A DNA stretch of 64,000 nt. Origin: an uncultured bacterium (GTDB lineage: Bacteria; Zixibacteria; MSB-5A5; GN15; FEB-12). Within the stretch, counting starts at the first letter, position 1, and each line of letters begins with the position of its first letter. The stretch lies in the NCBI GenBank assembly GCA_965372795.1, contig CBDVDR010000011.1, positions 1 to 64,000 of the forward strand, given 5' to 3'. The position numbers and the translations under genes were made by a program. The notes under the pieces were generated by a model. That model was not told the DNA's origin. It saw only the letters and a program-made list of their open reading frames with translations, and did no database searches. Positions 44,565 to 53,558 of the stretch are shown in pieces.

Positions 44565-46910
44565 GTGCCAGGATTTAATTCAATTGATGGTCTCAGTTCT
44601 GGTCTTGATACAACAGCGATGGTTGACGCCATCATGGATTTTGAACGACGACCGGCAATATTACTCGAAGTACAACAGGCAGAAAAGCTGGCTGTTGTTT
44701 CTGCATATCAGGCCTTACAGGCAAAATTTTTAGCATTATCCTCTGATTTAAGCAATCTTGTTAAGACCAGTACTTATGAAAAAGCTACAATCGATGTTTC
44801 CGACGAATCATATTTAACAGCTGCCCGAGGCAGCCGGGTCGGAACCGGAAGTTACAATTTTCAGGTTTTAAGTTTAGCAAATAATAATCAGCTTGCCTCG
44901 CAGGGTTTTGATGATGATAGTCTGGATTCATTTGGAACGGGAGAAATTCTTTTAAAAGTAGGCGATGGGGCTGAAAAAACAATATTAATTGATACCAATA
45001 ATAATTCCTTAGTTGGAATTAAAACCGCAATCAACGAAGCTAATGCCGGTGTGACAGCATCTATAATAAATGATGGAACAAGCTCAAATTCATTTCGATT
45101 GGTATTAAGTGCTGAAAAATCAGGTAAAGAAAATGCAATTTCAATCACTTCAAATTTAGTCGATGGAAGCAACCTTAATTATTCTTCATCCTCTTTTGAT
45201 ATTCCTGAAACAATTACCAAAAATTTAAGCTCAACCTCGCAAATTTCTTTGGGAGCAACCGCAGCCTATACCGGATCTGAAAATACATCCTATACATTTA
45301 CTGTTGCAGGGTCAGGTACCCAGACAATCGGAACCGATACAATTACAATAGACTGGGTTGATGATAACAATCCGGCAAATAGTGGTTCGATTGTTGTTAC
45401 TCAGGCTGATTTTGAATATGAAGCTGTTGGTGCTGAGGGGTTGTACATGTCATTTGGATCCGGAGATTTAACCGCCGGTGATAAGTTTAAGATTGATACC
45501 TTTACGCCGCTTCTGCAAAACGCCACTGATGCTAAAATTGCTATCGGATCAGGTGATGGCTCCGGTTCGCCTATTACGGTAACCTCAAGCACAAATAGTT
45601 TTACCGATATAGTTGGCGGATTAAATTTAACCGTGAATAAACTGACTGATCCGGGAGATTCAATTACAGTTAAAACTGATGTAGATGTTAAAAGCATAAG
45701 GGATAGAATTGGATCATTCATTGCTAATTATAATAATCTGAATGAATATATAGACAAGCAAAATTCATACGATCCAGAAGCTGGGGGAGCACCGGTTCTA
45801 TTCGGTGATTTTACAGTTTGGAGAGTTCAAAACTCCATGCGAAAAAAACTGTCTTCATTGGTTCAGGGTGCTGATGGCTCATTTAACCAATTATATTCTA
45901 TTGGGATCAAAACCGATGTTAAAGGAAAATTAACGATTAGCAATAATGCAAAACTCGAAGAGTCTATTCGTAATAATCTTGATGAAGTAATTCAGTTATT
46001 TTCAAAAACCGGTGAATCCAGTACTACCGGATTAGAGTTTGTGTCAGCAACCAATAAAACTAAAGCCGGTCAAGATTTTCAGGTTGATATTACTCAGGCT
46101 GCCACTCATGGTTCATTTGAAGGTGGGACCTTGAATGATCCTGCAACTACACCTCTGATAATAGATGCTTCAAACAAAAAATTGAAATTCAAAGTAGACG
46201 GGCTTGTTTCAGGTGAAATTTCTCTTTCAGAGGGAACCTATAATACTCATCAGGATTTAGTCAATGAAATTCAAGCTCAAATATTAGCAGATTCTAAAAT
46301 TGGCAAAAGAGGTGTGACTGTCGAGTGGGTTGAAGGGGAATCCGGAAAAGGAAGCATCAAACTTACCGGTTCATCTTTTGGTATCCACTCGAAAATAGAA
46401 CTCGACACTGCAATTGCTGATTCAGCCTTTAGTCTACTCGGGTTATCATCAGGAAGTACGGTTAATGGAAAAGATGTTGTCGGAACCATAAACGGTGAAG
46501 AAGCCGAAGGCTCTGGAGTATTGCTTAAAGGCAAAGAAGGTAATGAAACAACCGAGGGTCTGGTATTAAAGGTTACCATGGATGAAGCCTCAGTTACAGA
46601 TGCTGTGGAGGGTGTAGTGTCCTATGTACAGGGGTTGGCTTCAATTCTGCAGGACGCAGTGATTAATATAACCCAAATTGATACTGGAATTATTGACAGC
46701 CGAATAACATCTTATGAAAAACAGATCGAAACAATTAAAGATCAAGTTGAGAATATTGATGAGCGACTGGCTCTAAGGAGAGAATCTCTTTATAAGAAAT
46801 TTTATGAAATGGAAACTATTTTGGGTAAATTGAATGCTCAAAGTCAATTTTTGGAAACTCAGTTTGCCGGAATAAATGGAAACTGGGGCGTTGGCAGTGA
46901 TAGAAATTAA
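44565..46910 (+). CDS. fliD: Filament cap FliD (enlarged)
   Basis: GLSSGLDT, AINEANAGVTASIIN, FIANYN, LYSIGI, FYEMETILGKLNAQSQFL. Confidence 0.95.
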   Translation: MPGFNSIDGLSSGLDTTAMVDAIMDFERRPAILLEVQQAEKLAVVSAYQALQAKFLALSSDLSNLVKTSTYEKATIDVSDESYLTAARGSRVGTGSYNFQVLSLANNNQLASQGFDDDSLDSFGTGEILLKVGDGAEKTILIDTNNNSLVGIKTAINEANAGVTASIINDGTSSNSFRLVLSAEKSGKENAISITSNLVDGSNLNYSSSSFDIPETITKNLSSTSQISLGATAAYTGSENTSYTFTVAGSGTQTIGTDTITIDWVDDNNPANSGSIVVTQADFEYEAVGAEGLYMSFGSGDLTAGDKFKIDTFTPLLQNATDAKIAIGSGDGSGSPITVTSSTNSFTDIVGGLNLTVNKLTDPGDSITVKTDVDVKSIRDRIGSFIANYNNLNEYIDKQNSYDPEAGGAPVLFGDFTVWRVQNSMRKKLSSLVQGADGSFNQLYSIGIKTDVKGKLTISNNAKLEESIRNNLDEVIQLFSKTGESSTTGLEFVSATNKTKAGQDFQVDITQAATHGSFEGGTLNDPATTPLIIDASNKKLKFKVDGLVSGEISLSEGTYNTHQDLVNEIQAQILADSKIGKRGVTVEWVEGESGKGSIKLTGSSFGIHSKIELDTAIADSAFSLLGLSSGSTVNGKDVVGTINGEEAEGSGVLLKGKEGNETTEGLVLKVTMDEASVTDAVEGVVSYVQGLASILQDAVINITQIDTGIIDSRITSYEKQIETIKDQVENIDERLALRRESLYKKFYEMETILGKLNAQSQFLETQFAGINGNWGVGSDRN

Positions 46911-46935
46911 ATTTAAATGATACATAGGAGTAATC

Positions 46936-47370
46936 ATGGAAGACAAAGTAGCAGCTTATAGGAATATTGACACTCAGGGGAAATCACAAATAGAACTGAT
47001 TCTTCAAGTATATGACGGGGCGATTTCAAATTTAAATAGTGCAAAAAAACATTATGAAAATCTTGAAAATCAAGAAGGTTTTGAATCAATTGACAAAGCT
47101 CGTAAATTTGTCACCCACTTGTACACGACCTTAAATCCTGAAAAAGGTGGGGATATCGCAAAAAATTTAGGCAAATTATATGCTTTTATTATCAATCAAT
47201 GCAGTTTGATAGAAGCTACCAAAGAATCAGCGCAAATTGACGATATTATTATTGTATTGAATAATTTAAAAGAGGGTTGGGTTGGTATTAAAGATCAGCA
47301 GAATAATAGTAATTCTGTGAATCCAAACGACTCAAAACCCAAAGCAACTAAGCTGTCAATTACCGGGTAA
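46936..47370 (+). CDS. fliS: Flagellin chaperone FliS
   Basis: LILQVYDGAI, LNPEKGGDIAKNLGKLYAF, LKEGW. Confidence 0.95.
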   Translation: MEDKVAAYRNIDTQGKSQIELILQVYDGAISNLNSAKKHYENLENQEGFESIDKARKFVTHLYTTLNPEKGGDIAKNLGKLYAFIINQCSLIEATKESAQIDDIIIVLNNLKEGWVGIKDQQNNSNSVNPNDSKPKATKLSITG

Positions 47371-47376
47371 GGAATT

Positions 47377-47829
47377 ATGAATTTTACCAATATTGAACAA
47401 CTCGAACGGGAACTTCTTTTTACATTAAAAGAAGAATTTTCATTTTATCAGTCATTGTACATCATGCTGGATAAACAGCGTGATGTAATGAAATATGATA
47501 AAGACGATAATATACTTGATCTTTTTGCAGAGATTGAACGGTGTTATAAGCGGATAAAAAAATCTGAAGAAAAAATTTCTGAGATGAAAGAGAAAAATCC
47601 TCAGATTTTTAAATTAGCAACCGCTTTGCCCGATGTAAAAAAGATTGTTAACAGTATCGCAACTTTGGTTAAGAAAAACATCAATCTCGTAAACGAGAGC
47701 GAACAATATATGAGAGGGCGGTACGAACGGATAAAAACTGAAATGGGTGACTTAAAAAACAGCAGTAAAATATTGCAGTATATGTCGGATGCGCCGATAA
47801 ACCCTCAGTTTATAGATGGGAAAAAATAG
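47377..47829 (+). CDS. Helical flagellar chaperone-like protein (FliT/FlgN-like)
   Basis: All-helical, follows fliS, ends QY...FIDGKK as FlgN/FliT-like proteins do. Confidence 0.55.
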   Translation: MNFTNIEQLERELLFTLKEEFSFYQSLYIMLDKQRDVMKYDKDDNILDLFAEIERCYKRIKKSEEKISEMKEKNPQIFKLATALPDVKKIVNSIATLVKKNINLVNESEQYMRGRYERIKTEMGDLKNSSKILQYMSDAPINPQFIDGKK

Positions 47830-47878
47830 GAAATTGTTAAATCGCACACCTTTAAAATAGGAACGAAAAGGTGATATT

Positions 47879-48226
47879 ATGAAAATAGGATTTATTGGAC
47901 GTGATCCAGTCAGTAGCCAAAACTCAGAGAGTCTGAGAAAGGAAACTAAAACCGAAACAAATAACGGAGAGCCAAAGAAAAAAATATCTCTGAAAGAATT
48001 GTCGAAAACTGTTGATGAATTTAAAAGAACTTCAGAGGTAAATAAAGAAGATGATAAAATTATCTCTTCTATTTACTCAAAAAATGAGATTAGCAACAAA
48101 GAAACCAATCATGAAAAAAGGCTGGGATCAATTAAGCAGAAAATTACCGATGGGTTTTACGAACAAAACGATATTATAAAAATAGTTGCTGATAAATTAG
48201 CAGATAAATTTGAAAACGATATATAA
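47879..48226 (+). CDS. FlgM-like anti-sigma28 factor (candidate)
   Basis: Low-complexity N-terminus; C-terminal RLGSIKQKITDGFYEQNDIIKIVADKL resembles the FlgM sigma-binding helices. Confidence 0.55.
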   Translation: MKIGFIGRDPVSSQNSESLRKETKTETNNGEPKKKISLKELSKTVDEFKRTSEVNKEDDKIISSIYSKNEISNKETNHEKRLGSIKQKITDGFYEQNDIIKIVADKLADKFENDI

Positions 48227-48243
48227 CGGAGATTCTCGACAAG

Positions 48244-49131
48244 ATGGATGTTGCAACAGTTGATAATAAAGTAAAACAAGTTGTCTCGAATATCAGAAAC
48301 TTGCCTACTCCTCCAATTGTTTTTCACCAGATTCAAAAAGTGATGAACGATCCCAATGTATCGGCAACTCATGTTGCTGCTATTTTGGCGGAAGATCCAG
48401 CGATGTCAGTTAAAGTATTAAAACTTACAAACTCGGCATTTTACGGTTTGGCAAGAGAAATCGATTCGGTGAAACATGCTGTCGTAATTGTTGGTCTGGA
48501 TGCTATTAAAAATCTGGTGCTGTCAGCTTCAGTTCTTGATATGTTTAAAGGAAAAGAAATTGATCAGGAATTTCATGAAAAACATTGGCGCCATTCATTA
48601 GCTACCGGTTTTTGTTGTCGAATCTTAGCAAAAAAACTAAGATCTCGTGGAATGATAAGTCCTGATTCTGCTTTCTCAAGCGGCTTATTGCATGATATTG
48701 GTAAAATAGTTATATCAATGTTTCTGCCGAATGAATGTCAACTTGTTAAAAATGAACGAGAAAATGATACTCAATCAGCGGATTATGAAATTGAAGAGAA
48801 AGTTCTTGGGTATAATCACGCTCAAATCGGAGGAATATTGGCAATGCAATGGAAATTACCTTCACTATTGGGTGAATCTATATCATTTCACCATCAACCT
48901 CAATTAAGTGAAGCCCAGAATCCGACTCCATATATTGTAAATATTGCTAATCATATTGCAAAGATGACGTTTTACGAAAGAGATGAAAAACATCTTATTG
49001 GAACATTAGATCCTCAAATTAAAGAATATATGGAATTCGATGACTCTTTGGTTGAAGAAGTAATTGAGCTTTTAAGAGAAGAATACTCAAAATCTGAGAC
49101 ATTTATGCAAATGGCTGGAATTAGTGATTAA
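48244..49131 (+). CDS. HDOD domain protein
   Basis: LPTPP, DPAMSVKVLKLTNSAFYG, WRHS, GLLHDIGK, HAQIG, W-KLP. Confidence 0.93.
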   Translation: MDVATVDNKVKQVVSNIRNLPTPPIVFHQIQKVMNDPNVSATHVAAILAEDPAMSVKVLKLTNSAFYGLAREIDSVKHAVVIVGLDAIKNLVLSASVLDMFKGKEIDQEFHEKHWRHSLATGFCCRILAKKLRSRGMISPDSAFSSGLLHDIGKIVISMFLPNECQLVKNERENDTQSADYEIEEKVLGYNHAQIGGILAMQWKLPSLLGESISFHHQPQLSEAQNPTPYIVNIANHIAKMTFYERDEKHLIGTLDPQIKEYMEFDDSLVEEVIELLREEYSKSETFMQMAGISD

Positions 49132-49168
49132 ATTTCCTCTAAGTCATTAAAATATATCAAAATTGGTC

Positions 49169-49197
49169 TTGACAACAAACCAATACTCGCCTATTAT
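49169..49197 (+). promoter_or_regulatory. sigma70 promoter of tRNA-Val/thrS
   Basis: TTGACA-N17-TATTAT. Confidence 0.8.
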
Positions 49198-49234
49198 TAG
49201 AGGCTTCGGCTCAACAGCTAAGCTGTTTTGATGT

Positions 49235-49311
49235 GGGCGATTAGCTCAGTTGGTTAGAGTACTTGCTTGACATGCAAGGAGTCACTGGTTCAATTCCAGT
49301 ATCGCCCACCA
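49235..49311 (+). tRNA. tRNA-Val(GAC)
   Basis: Full 77-nt cloverleaf GGGCGAT...ATCGCCC-A-CCA; anticodon arm CTTGC-TTGACAT-GCAAG. Confidence 0.97.
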
Positions 49312-49320
49312 TAAATTAGA

Positions 49321-49360
49321 GCGGATTCTTAAGGCAAGAGTTGTCTTGAATCCGCGTTTT
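49321..49360 (+). terminator. Long hairpin between tRNA-Val and thrS (terminator or leader structure)
   Basis: GCGGATTC-TT-AAGGCAA-GAG-TTGTCTT-GAATCCGC followed by GTTTT. Confidence 0.55.
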
Positions 49361-49378
49361 AAGTATTTAAGAGGTTTT

Positions 49379-51295
49379 ATGGCAGTTGCACAAATTAATC
49401 TACCCGATGGTTCCTCGAGGAGTTTCGAGCAAAATGTGACCGGGTACGAATTGGCAAAATCAATCTCGCATGGACTTGCCAAAGCTGCATTAGCAGTTAA
49501 GGTAGATGGCGAGATACGCAATTTAAACGCTGATCTTCCCAATGGTTCAACGGTTGAAATTCTCACTTTCAATAATCCGGAAGGTAAAGAAGTTTTCTGG
49601 CATTCGAGCTCTCACATCATGGCTCAAGCAGTCCATGAAGTTTTCCCAGGAACCAAACTTGCCATTGGTCCGCCAATCAGTGAAGGCTGGTACTATGATT
49701 TTGAAGTAGAGAAGCCGTTCACTCCTGAAGATTTAGTTAAAATCGAAAAAAAGATGGCGGAAATTATTAAAGAAAATGATGAGTTTCGCTATGAGGTTAA
49801 AAACCGTCTTGAATCAATTGAATATTTCAAATCAAAAAATGCTAACTATAAAGTTGAACTTTTAGAAGGCATCGAAGGCGACGAAGTTACATTTTATTAT
49901 CATTCACGTTTCGAAGATCTCTGTCGTGGACCACATCTGCCAAAAACAGGTTTTGTAAAAGCTTTCAAACTGATATCAACATCGGGTGCTTACTGGCGGG
50001 GTGATGAAAAACGGACTATGCTCCAGAGAATTTACGGTGTCTCATATCCTAAAAAAGTGATGCTTGAAGAATATCTTACACGTCTTGAAGAAGCAAAAAA
50101 ACGTGACCACCGAATTCTTGGAAAGCAGTTGGAATTATATACTGTTAACGATGAAGTCGGAGCCGGCTTAATACTTTGGCTTCCCAAAGGTGCTCGTATT
50201 AGAAATGAAATAGAAAATTTCTGGCGGGAAGAACATCTCAAATCCGGATACGAATTAGTCTATTCACCTCATATCGCTAATCGTAAAATGTGGGACAAGA
50301 GCGGACACACCGATTTTTACAGCGATGATATGTTTGGACCGATTGAAGTTGAAAACCAGATGTTTCAGCTCAAACCAATGAATTGTCCGTTCCATATTTA
50401 TATGTATAAATCCCGTATGTGGTCATACCGTGATTTGCCGCTTCGCTGGGCAGAACTGGGAACTGTTTATAGATATGAAAAATCTGGGGTGCTTCATGGA
50501 CTGATGCGGGTTCGCGGATTTACTCAAGACGATGCCCATCACTTTGTGGCTCAGGAGAATATGGAAGAAGAGCTGGTTTGGCTTCTTGATTTCTGTACTC
50601 ATATTCTGAGTGCATTCGGTTTTTCAAATTATGACATTTTCCTGTCAACCAGACCTGAAAAAGCGATTGGTGATATTGAAGACTGGGACAGGGCCGAAGC
50701 TGGTCTTAAATCTGCTTTAGAAAAAGCTGACCTTGAATATCAGGTTGATGAGGGCGGCGGAGCCTTTTATGGTCCCAAAATTGACATTAAAATTAAAGAT
50801 GCTTTGAATCGCAGCTGGCAATGTTCGACTATTCAGTTCGATTTTTCCTTGCCGGAACGGTTCAATATACATTATATTGATTCAGAAGGTAAACAGCGAC
50901 GCCCGTATATGATACATAGGGCATTACTAGGATCTATCGAGAGATTTTTCGGTATTCTAATAGAGCATTATTCCGGGAATTTCCCGTTATGGTTGGCTCC
51001 TGTGCAGATAAAAGTTCTGCCAATAACCGATAGCTCTATTGATTATGCTGCTGAAGTTGCCAAGAAACTCAGGAGTGAAAATTTCCGGGTACAAGTTGAC
51101 AACCGTTCTGAAAAAATTGGTGCTAAGATCAGAGATGCTGAGCTTTTAAAAGTACCATATATGCTGATTGTCGGATCTAAAGAGGTTGAGTCAAACTCAG
51201 TCTCATTGCGCAAGCATGGTGCTGGCGATCAGGGAAGTAAAACTGTTGAGGAATGTCTTACTTTATTCTCAGAAGAAATAAAGAATAAGGCATAA
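49379..51295 (+). CDS. thrS: Threonyl-tRNA synthetase
   Basis: TGS domain, HSSSH, DLCRGPH, RDHR, KPMNCP, HRALLGSIERF. ATG 49379 after GAGG. Confidence 0.98.
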   Translation: MAVAQINLPDGSSRSFEQNVTGYELAKSISHGLAKAALAVKVDGEIRNLNADLPNGSTVEILTFNNPEGKEVFWHSSSHIMAQAVHEVFPGTKLAIGPPISEGWYYDFEVEKPFTPEDLVKIEKKMAEIIKENDEFRYEVKNRLESIEYFKSKNANYKVELLEGIEGDEVTFYYHSRFEDLCRGPHLPKTGFVKAFKLISTSGAYWRGDEKRTMLQRIYGVSYPKKVMLEEYLTRLEEAKKRDHRILGKQLELYTVNDEVGAGLILWLPKGARIRNEIENFWREEHLKSGYELVYSPHIANRKMWDKSGHTDFYSDDMFGPIEVENQMFQLKPMNCPFHIYMYKSRMWSYRDLPLRWAELGTVYRYEKSGVLHGLMRVRGFTQDDAHHFVAQENMEEELVWLLDFCTHILSAFGFSNYDIFLSTRPEKAIGDIEDWDRAEAGLKSALEKADLEYQVDEGGGAFYGPKIDIKIKDALNRSWQCSTIQFDFSLPERFNIHYIDSEGKQRRPYMIHRALLGSIERFFGILIEHYSGNFPLWLAPVQIKVLPITDSSIDYAAEVAKKLRSENFRVQVDNRSEKIGAKIRDAELLKVPYMLIVGSKEVESNSVSLRKHGAGDQGSKTVEECLTLFSEEIKNKA

Positions 51296-51322
51296 CCTTA
51301 ATTTTGATTATAGGAGGATTTC

Positions 51323-51952
51323 ATAGCCAATAAGAGCCATCGGGTTAATCGCCTGATAAGAGTTTCACCGGTTAGACTGATCGGTCCGGAAGGCGAACAA
51401 CTGGGAATTTTACCGGTTGATGATGCCATCAAAAGAGCTATAGATGCCGGACTTGATTTGGTGGAAGTTTCGCCAAACAGCAGACCACCGGTCTGTCGTA
51501 TTCTTGATTATGGCAAATTCAAATATGAAATTGCTAAAAAAGATAAAATGGCGAGAAAAAGACAACACAATCAGCAAATGAAAGAGATGCGTTATCGACC
51601 TAAAATTGATGAACATGACTTTCAATTTAAAACGAAACACGTAAGAGAATTTTTGCTCTCGGGCAACAAAGTTAAAGCCTTTGTAATGTTTCGGGGTAGA
51701 GAAATGGCGTATCAGGAATTTGGTGAAAAAGTTTTAATACGACTCGTGAAAGAACTTGACGAGATTGCTGTTGTTGAAGTGAAACCAAAAATGGAAGGAA
51801 GAAATATGAATATGATTTTATGTCCTTCTGCTGAGGTTATGAATCAACTGAAGAAAAGCAAAGTCTATGACAAAGATGCTTCTAAACCCAAAACAGAAGC
51901 AAATACTGAGAAAAATGATAAAAAAGAAGAAATTGAAATAGAGGAATCCTGA
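51323..51952 (+). CDS. infC: Translation initiation factor IF-3 (non-canonical ATA start)
   Basis: Conserved N-domain ([22 protein letters not shown]) lies upstream of the track's start. AGGAGG-N5-ATA, with an in-frame TAG at 51311. Confidence 0.93.
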   Translation: MANKSHRVNRLIRVSPVRLIGPEGEQLGILPVDDAIKRAIDAGLDLVEVSPNSRPPVCRILDYGKFKYEIAKKDKMARKRQHNQQMKEMRYRPKIDEHDFQFKTKHVREFLLSGNKVKAFVMFRGREMAYQEFGEKVLIRLVKELDEIAVVEVKPKMEGRNMNMILCPSAEVMNQLKKSKVYDKDASKPKTEANTEKNDKKEEIEIEES

Positions 51953-52146
51953 TGCCAAAGATGAAAACAAGACGTGGCGCTGCTAAAAGGTTCAAGAAAA
52001 CTGCAACCGGAAAGATCAAGCGTAGCAAAGCTTTCAAAAGCCACATCATGACCAAAATGAGTCCAAAAAGAACCCGTGATTTGCGTAAATCAACATTAGT
52101 CTCTCCTTCGGATATGAAGCGGGTTGAACGGATGTTGCCTTACTAA
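51952..52146 (+). CDS. rpmI: 50S ribosomal protein L35
   Basis: [21 protein letters not shown]. Confidence 0.98.
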   Translation: MPKMKTRRGAAKRFKKTATGKIKRSKAFKSHIMTKMSPKRTRDLRKSTLVSPSDMKRVERMLPY

Positions 52147-52174
52147 ATTGGAATTTAATAGGAGTTAATATAAG

Positions 52175-52525
52175 ATGCCACGTTCTATGAACAATGTCGC
52201 TGCCCATCGCCGACATAAAAAGGTTTTAAAAAAAGCAAAAGGTAATTTCGGTGGAAGAAGAAATCTTTACCGCACTGCCTTAGAGACGGTCCATAAAGGT
52301 TTAAAATATGCCTATCGTGACCGTCGCAATAAAAAACGTGTATTCCGTTCATTATGGATTGCCCGTATTTCAGCAGCAGCCAAAATGTGCGATACTAATT
52401 ATTCGACATTTATACACGGATTAAAAAAAGCCGGTGTAAATCTTGACCGCAAAATTTTAGCTGATATCGCCGCCAGAGATATGGCTACTTTTCAAAACTT
52501 AGCCAAAATGGCTTCTGAAAATTAA
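52175..52525 (+). CDS. rplT: 50S ribosomal protein L20
   Basis: YAYRDRRNKKRVFRSLWIARI, LDRKILADIA. Confidence 0.98.
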   Translation: MPRSMNNVAAHRRHKKVLKKAKGNFGGRRNLYRTALETVHKGLKYAYRDRRNKKRVFRSLWIARISAAAKMCDTNYSTFIHGLKKAGVNLDRKILADIAARDMATFQNLAKMASEN

Positions 52526-52542
52526 GTCGTATAATATCGCTA

Positions 52543-53556
52543 ATGGCGCTATTAGATAAAATTTTACAGATTAAGCAAGAAGCGATCGATCGGATCAATA
52601 ATATTGATTCGATCGATTCTCTTAATGAGGTGCGGGTCAAATTTCTCGGACGCAAAGGGGAATTAACGGCTATTTTAAAAGGGCTCAAAGACCTGCCGGT
52701 TGAAGAAAAAAAAGCGGTGGGAGCCGAGGCTAATAAATGCCGGGTCTTTCTTGAAGAGCAAATCAACATTGCTTCGGAAAAATTCAAAACAGACAAAGTT
52801 GATTCATCATTTGATCCAACTTTGCCTGGAACAGCACCCCGTATCGGAGTAACCCATATTATAAATCAGGTTCTTGATGAAATTTGCCATACTTTTCATG
52901 GTATGGGTTTTGAAATAGACCGCGGACCTGATGTCGAGACTGATTTTTATAACTTTGAAGCTCTGAATTTCCCTCCTGACCATCCGGCAAGAGATATGCA
53001 GGATACCATGTTTGTTGAAGGGGGAAGATTATTACGCACTCATACGACTCCGGTTCAAGTAAGAAAACTTGAAAAGGAAAAACCTCCGATTAAAATCATT
53101 GCTCCCGGAAGAACTTATCGCCACGAAGCGATTTCAACCAGAGCACATATTGCATTTCATCAGGTAGATGGTTTTCTGGTTGATGTTGGCGTTACTATGG
53201 CAGATTTGAAAGGGGCTTTGCTTGCTTTTTGTAAAGCATTTTTTGGAGAGGACTTGAAGCTTAAATTTCGCCCTTCGTTCTTTCCTTTTACTGAACCTTC
53301 CGCTGAGGTAGACATCTCTTGTTTTCTGTGTAGCGGTAAAGGTTGTCAACTTTGTAAATACAGCGGTTGGCTGGAAATTTTAGGCTGTGGCATGATCGAT
53401 CCGAATGTGCTGATTAAAACCGGACATGACCCTGAAAAATATACCGGATATGCCTTCGGTATGGGAGTCGAACGGATTGCAATGTTGAAATACAAAATTA
53501 ATGATATAAGATTATTCTTTAATAACGATATAAGATTTCTTAGACAGTTTAAATAA
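52543..53556 (+). CDS. pheS: Phenylalanyl-tRNA synthetase alpha subunit
   Basis: HPARDMQDT, LLRTHT, FPFTEPS, GYAFGMGVER. Confidence 0.98.
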   Translation: MALLDKILQIKQEAIDRINNIDSIDSLNEVRVKFLGRKGELTAILKGLKDLPVEEKKAVGAEANKCRVFLEEQINIASEKFKTDKVDSSFDPTLPGTAPRIGVTHIINQVLDEICHTFHGMGFEIDRGPDVETDFYNFEALNFPPDHPARDMQDTMFVEGGRLLRTHTTPVQVRKLEKEKPPIKIIAPGRTYRHEAISTRAHIAFHQVDGFLVDVGVTMADLKGALLAFCKAFFGEDLKLKFRPSFFPFTEPSAEVDISCFLCSGKGCQLCKYSGWLEILGCGMIDPNVLIKTGHDPEKYTGYAFGMGVERIAMLKYKINDIRLFFNNDIRFLRQFK

Positions 53557-53558
53557 AC

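Noticed and set aside
5930..49311. Motility locus as a tRNA-anchored genomic island
   Set aside because: No integrase or direct repeats; the locus lies 5' of tRNA-Val; composition looks similar to flanking genes.
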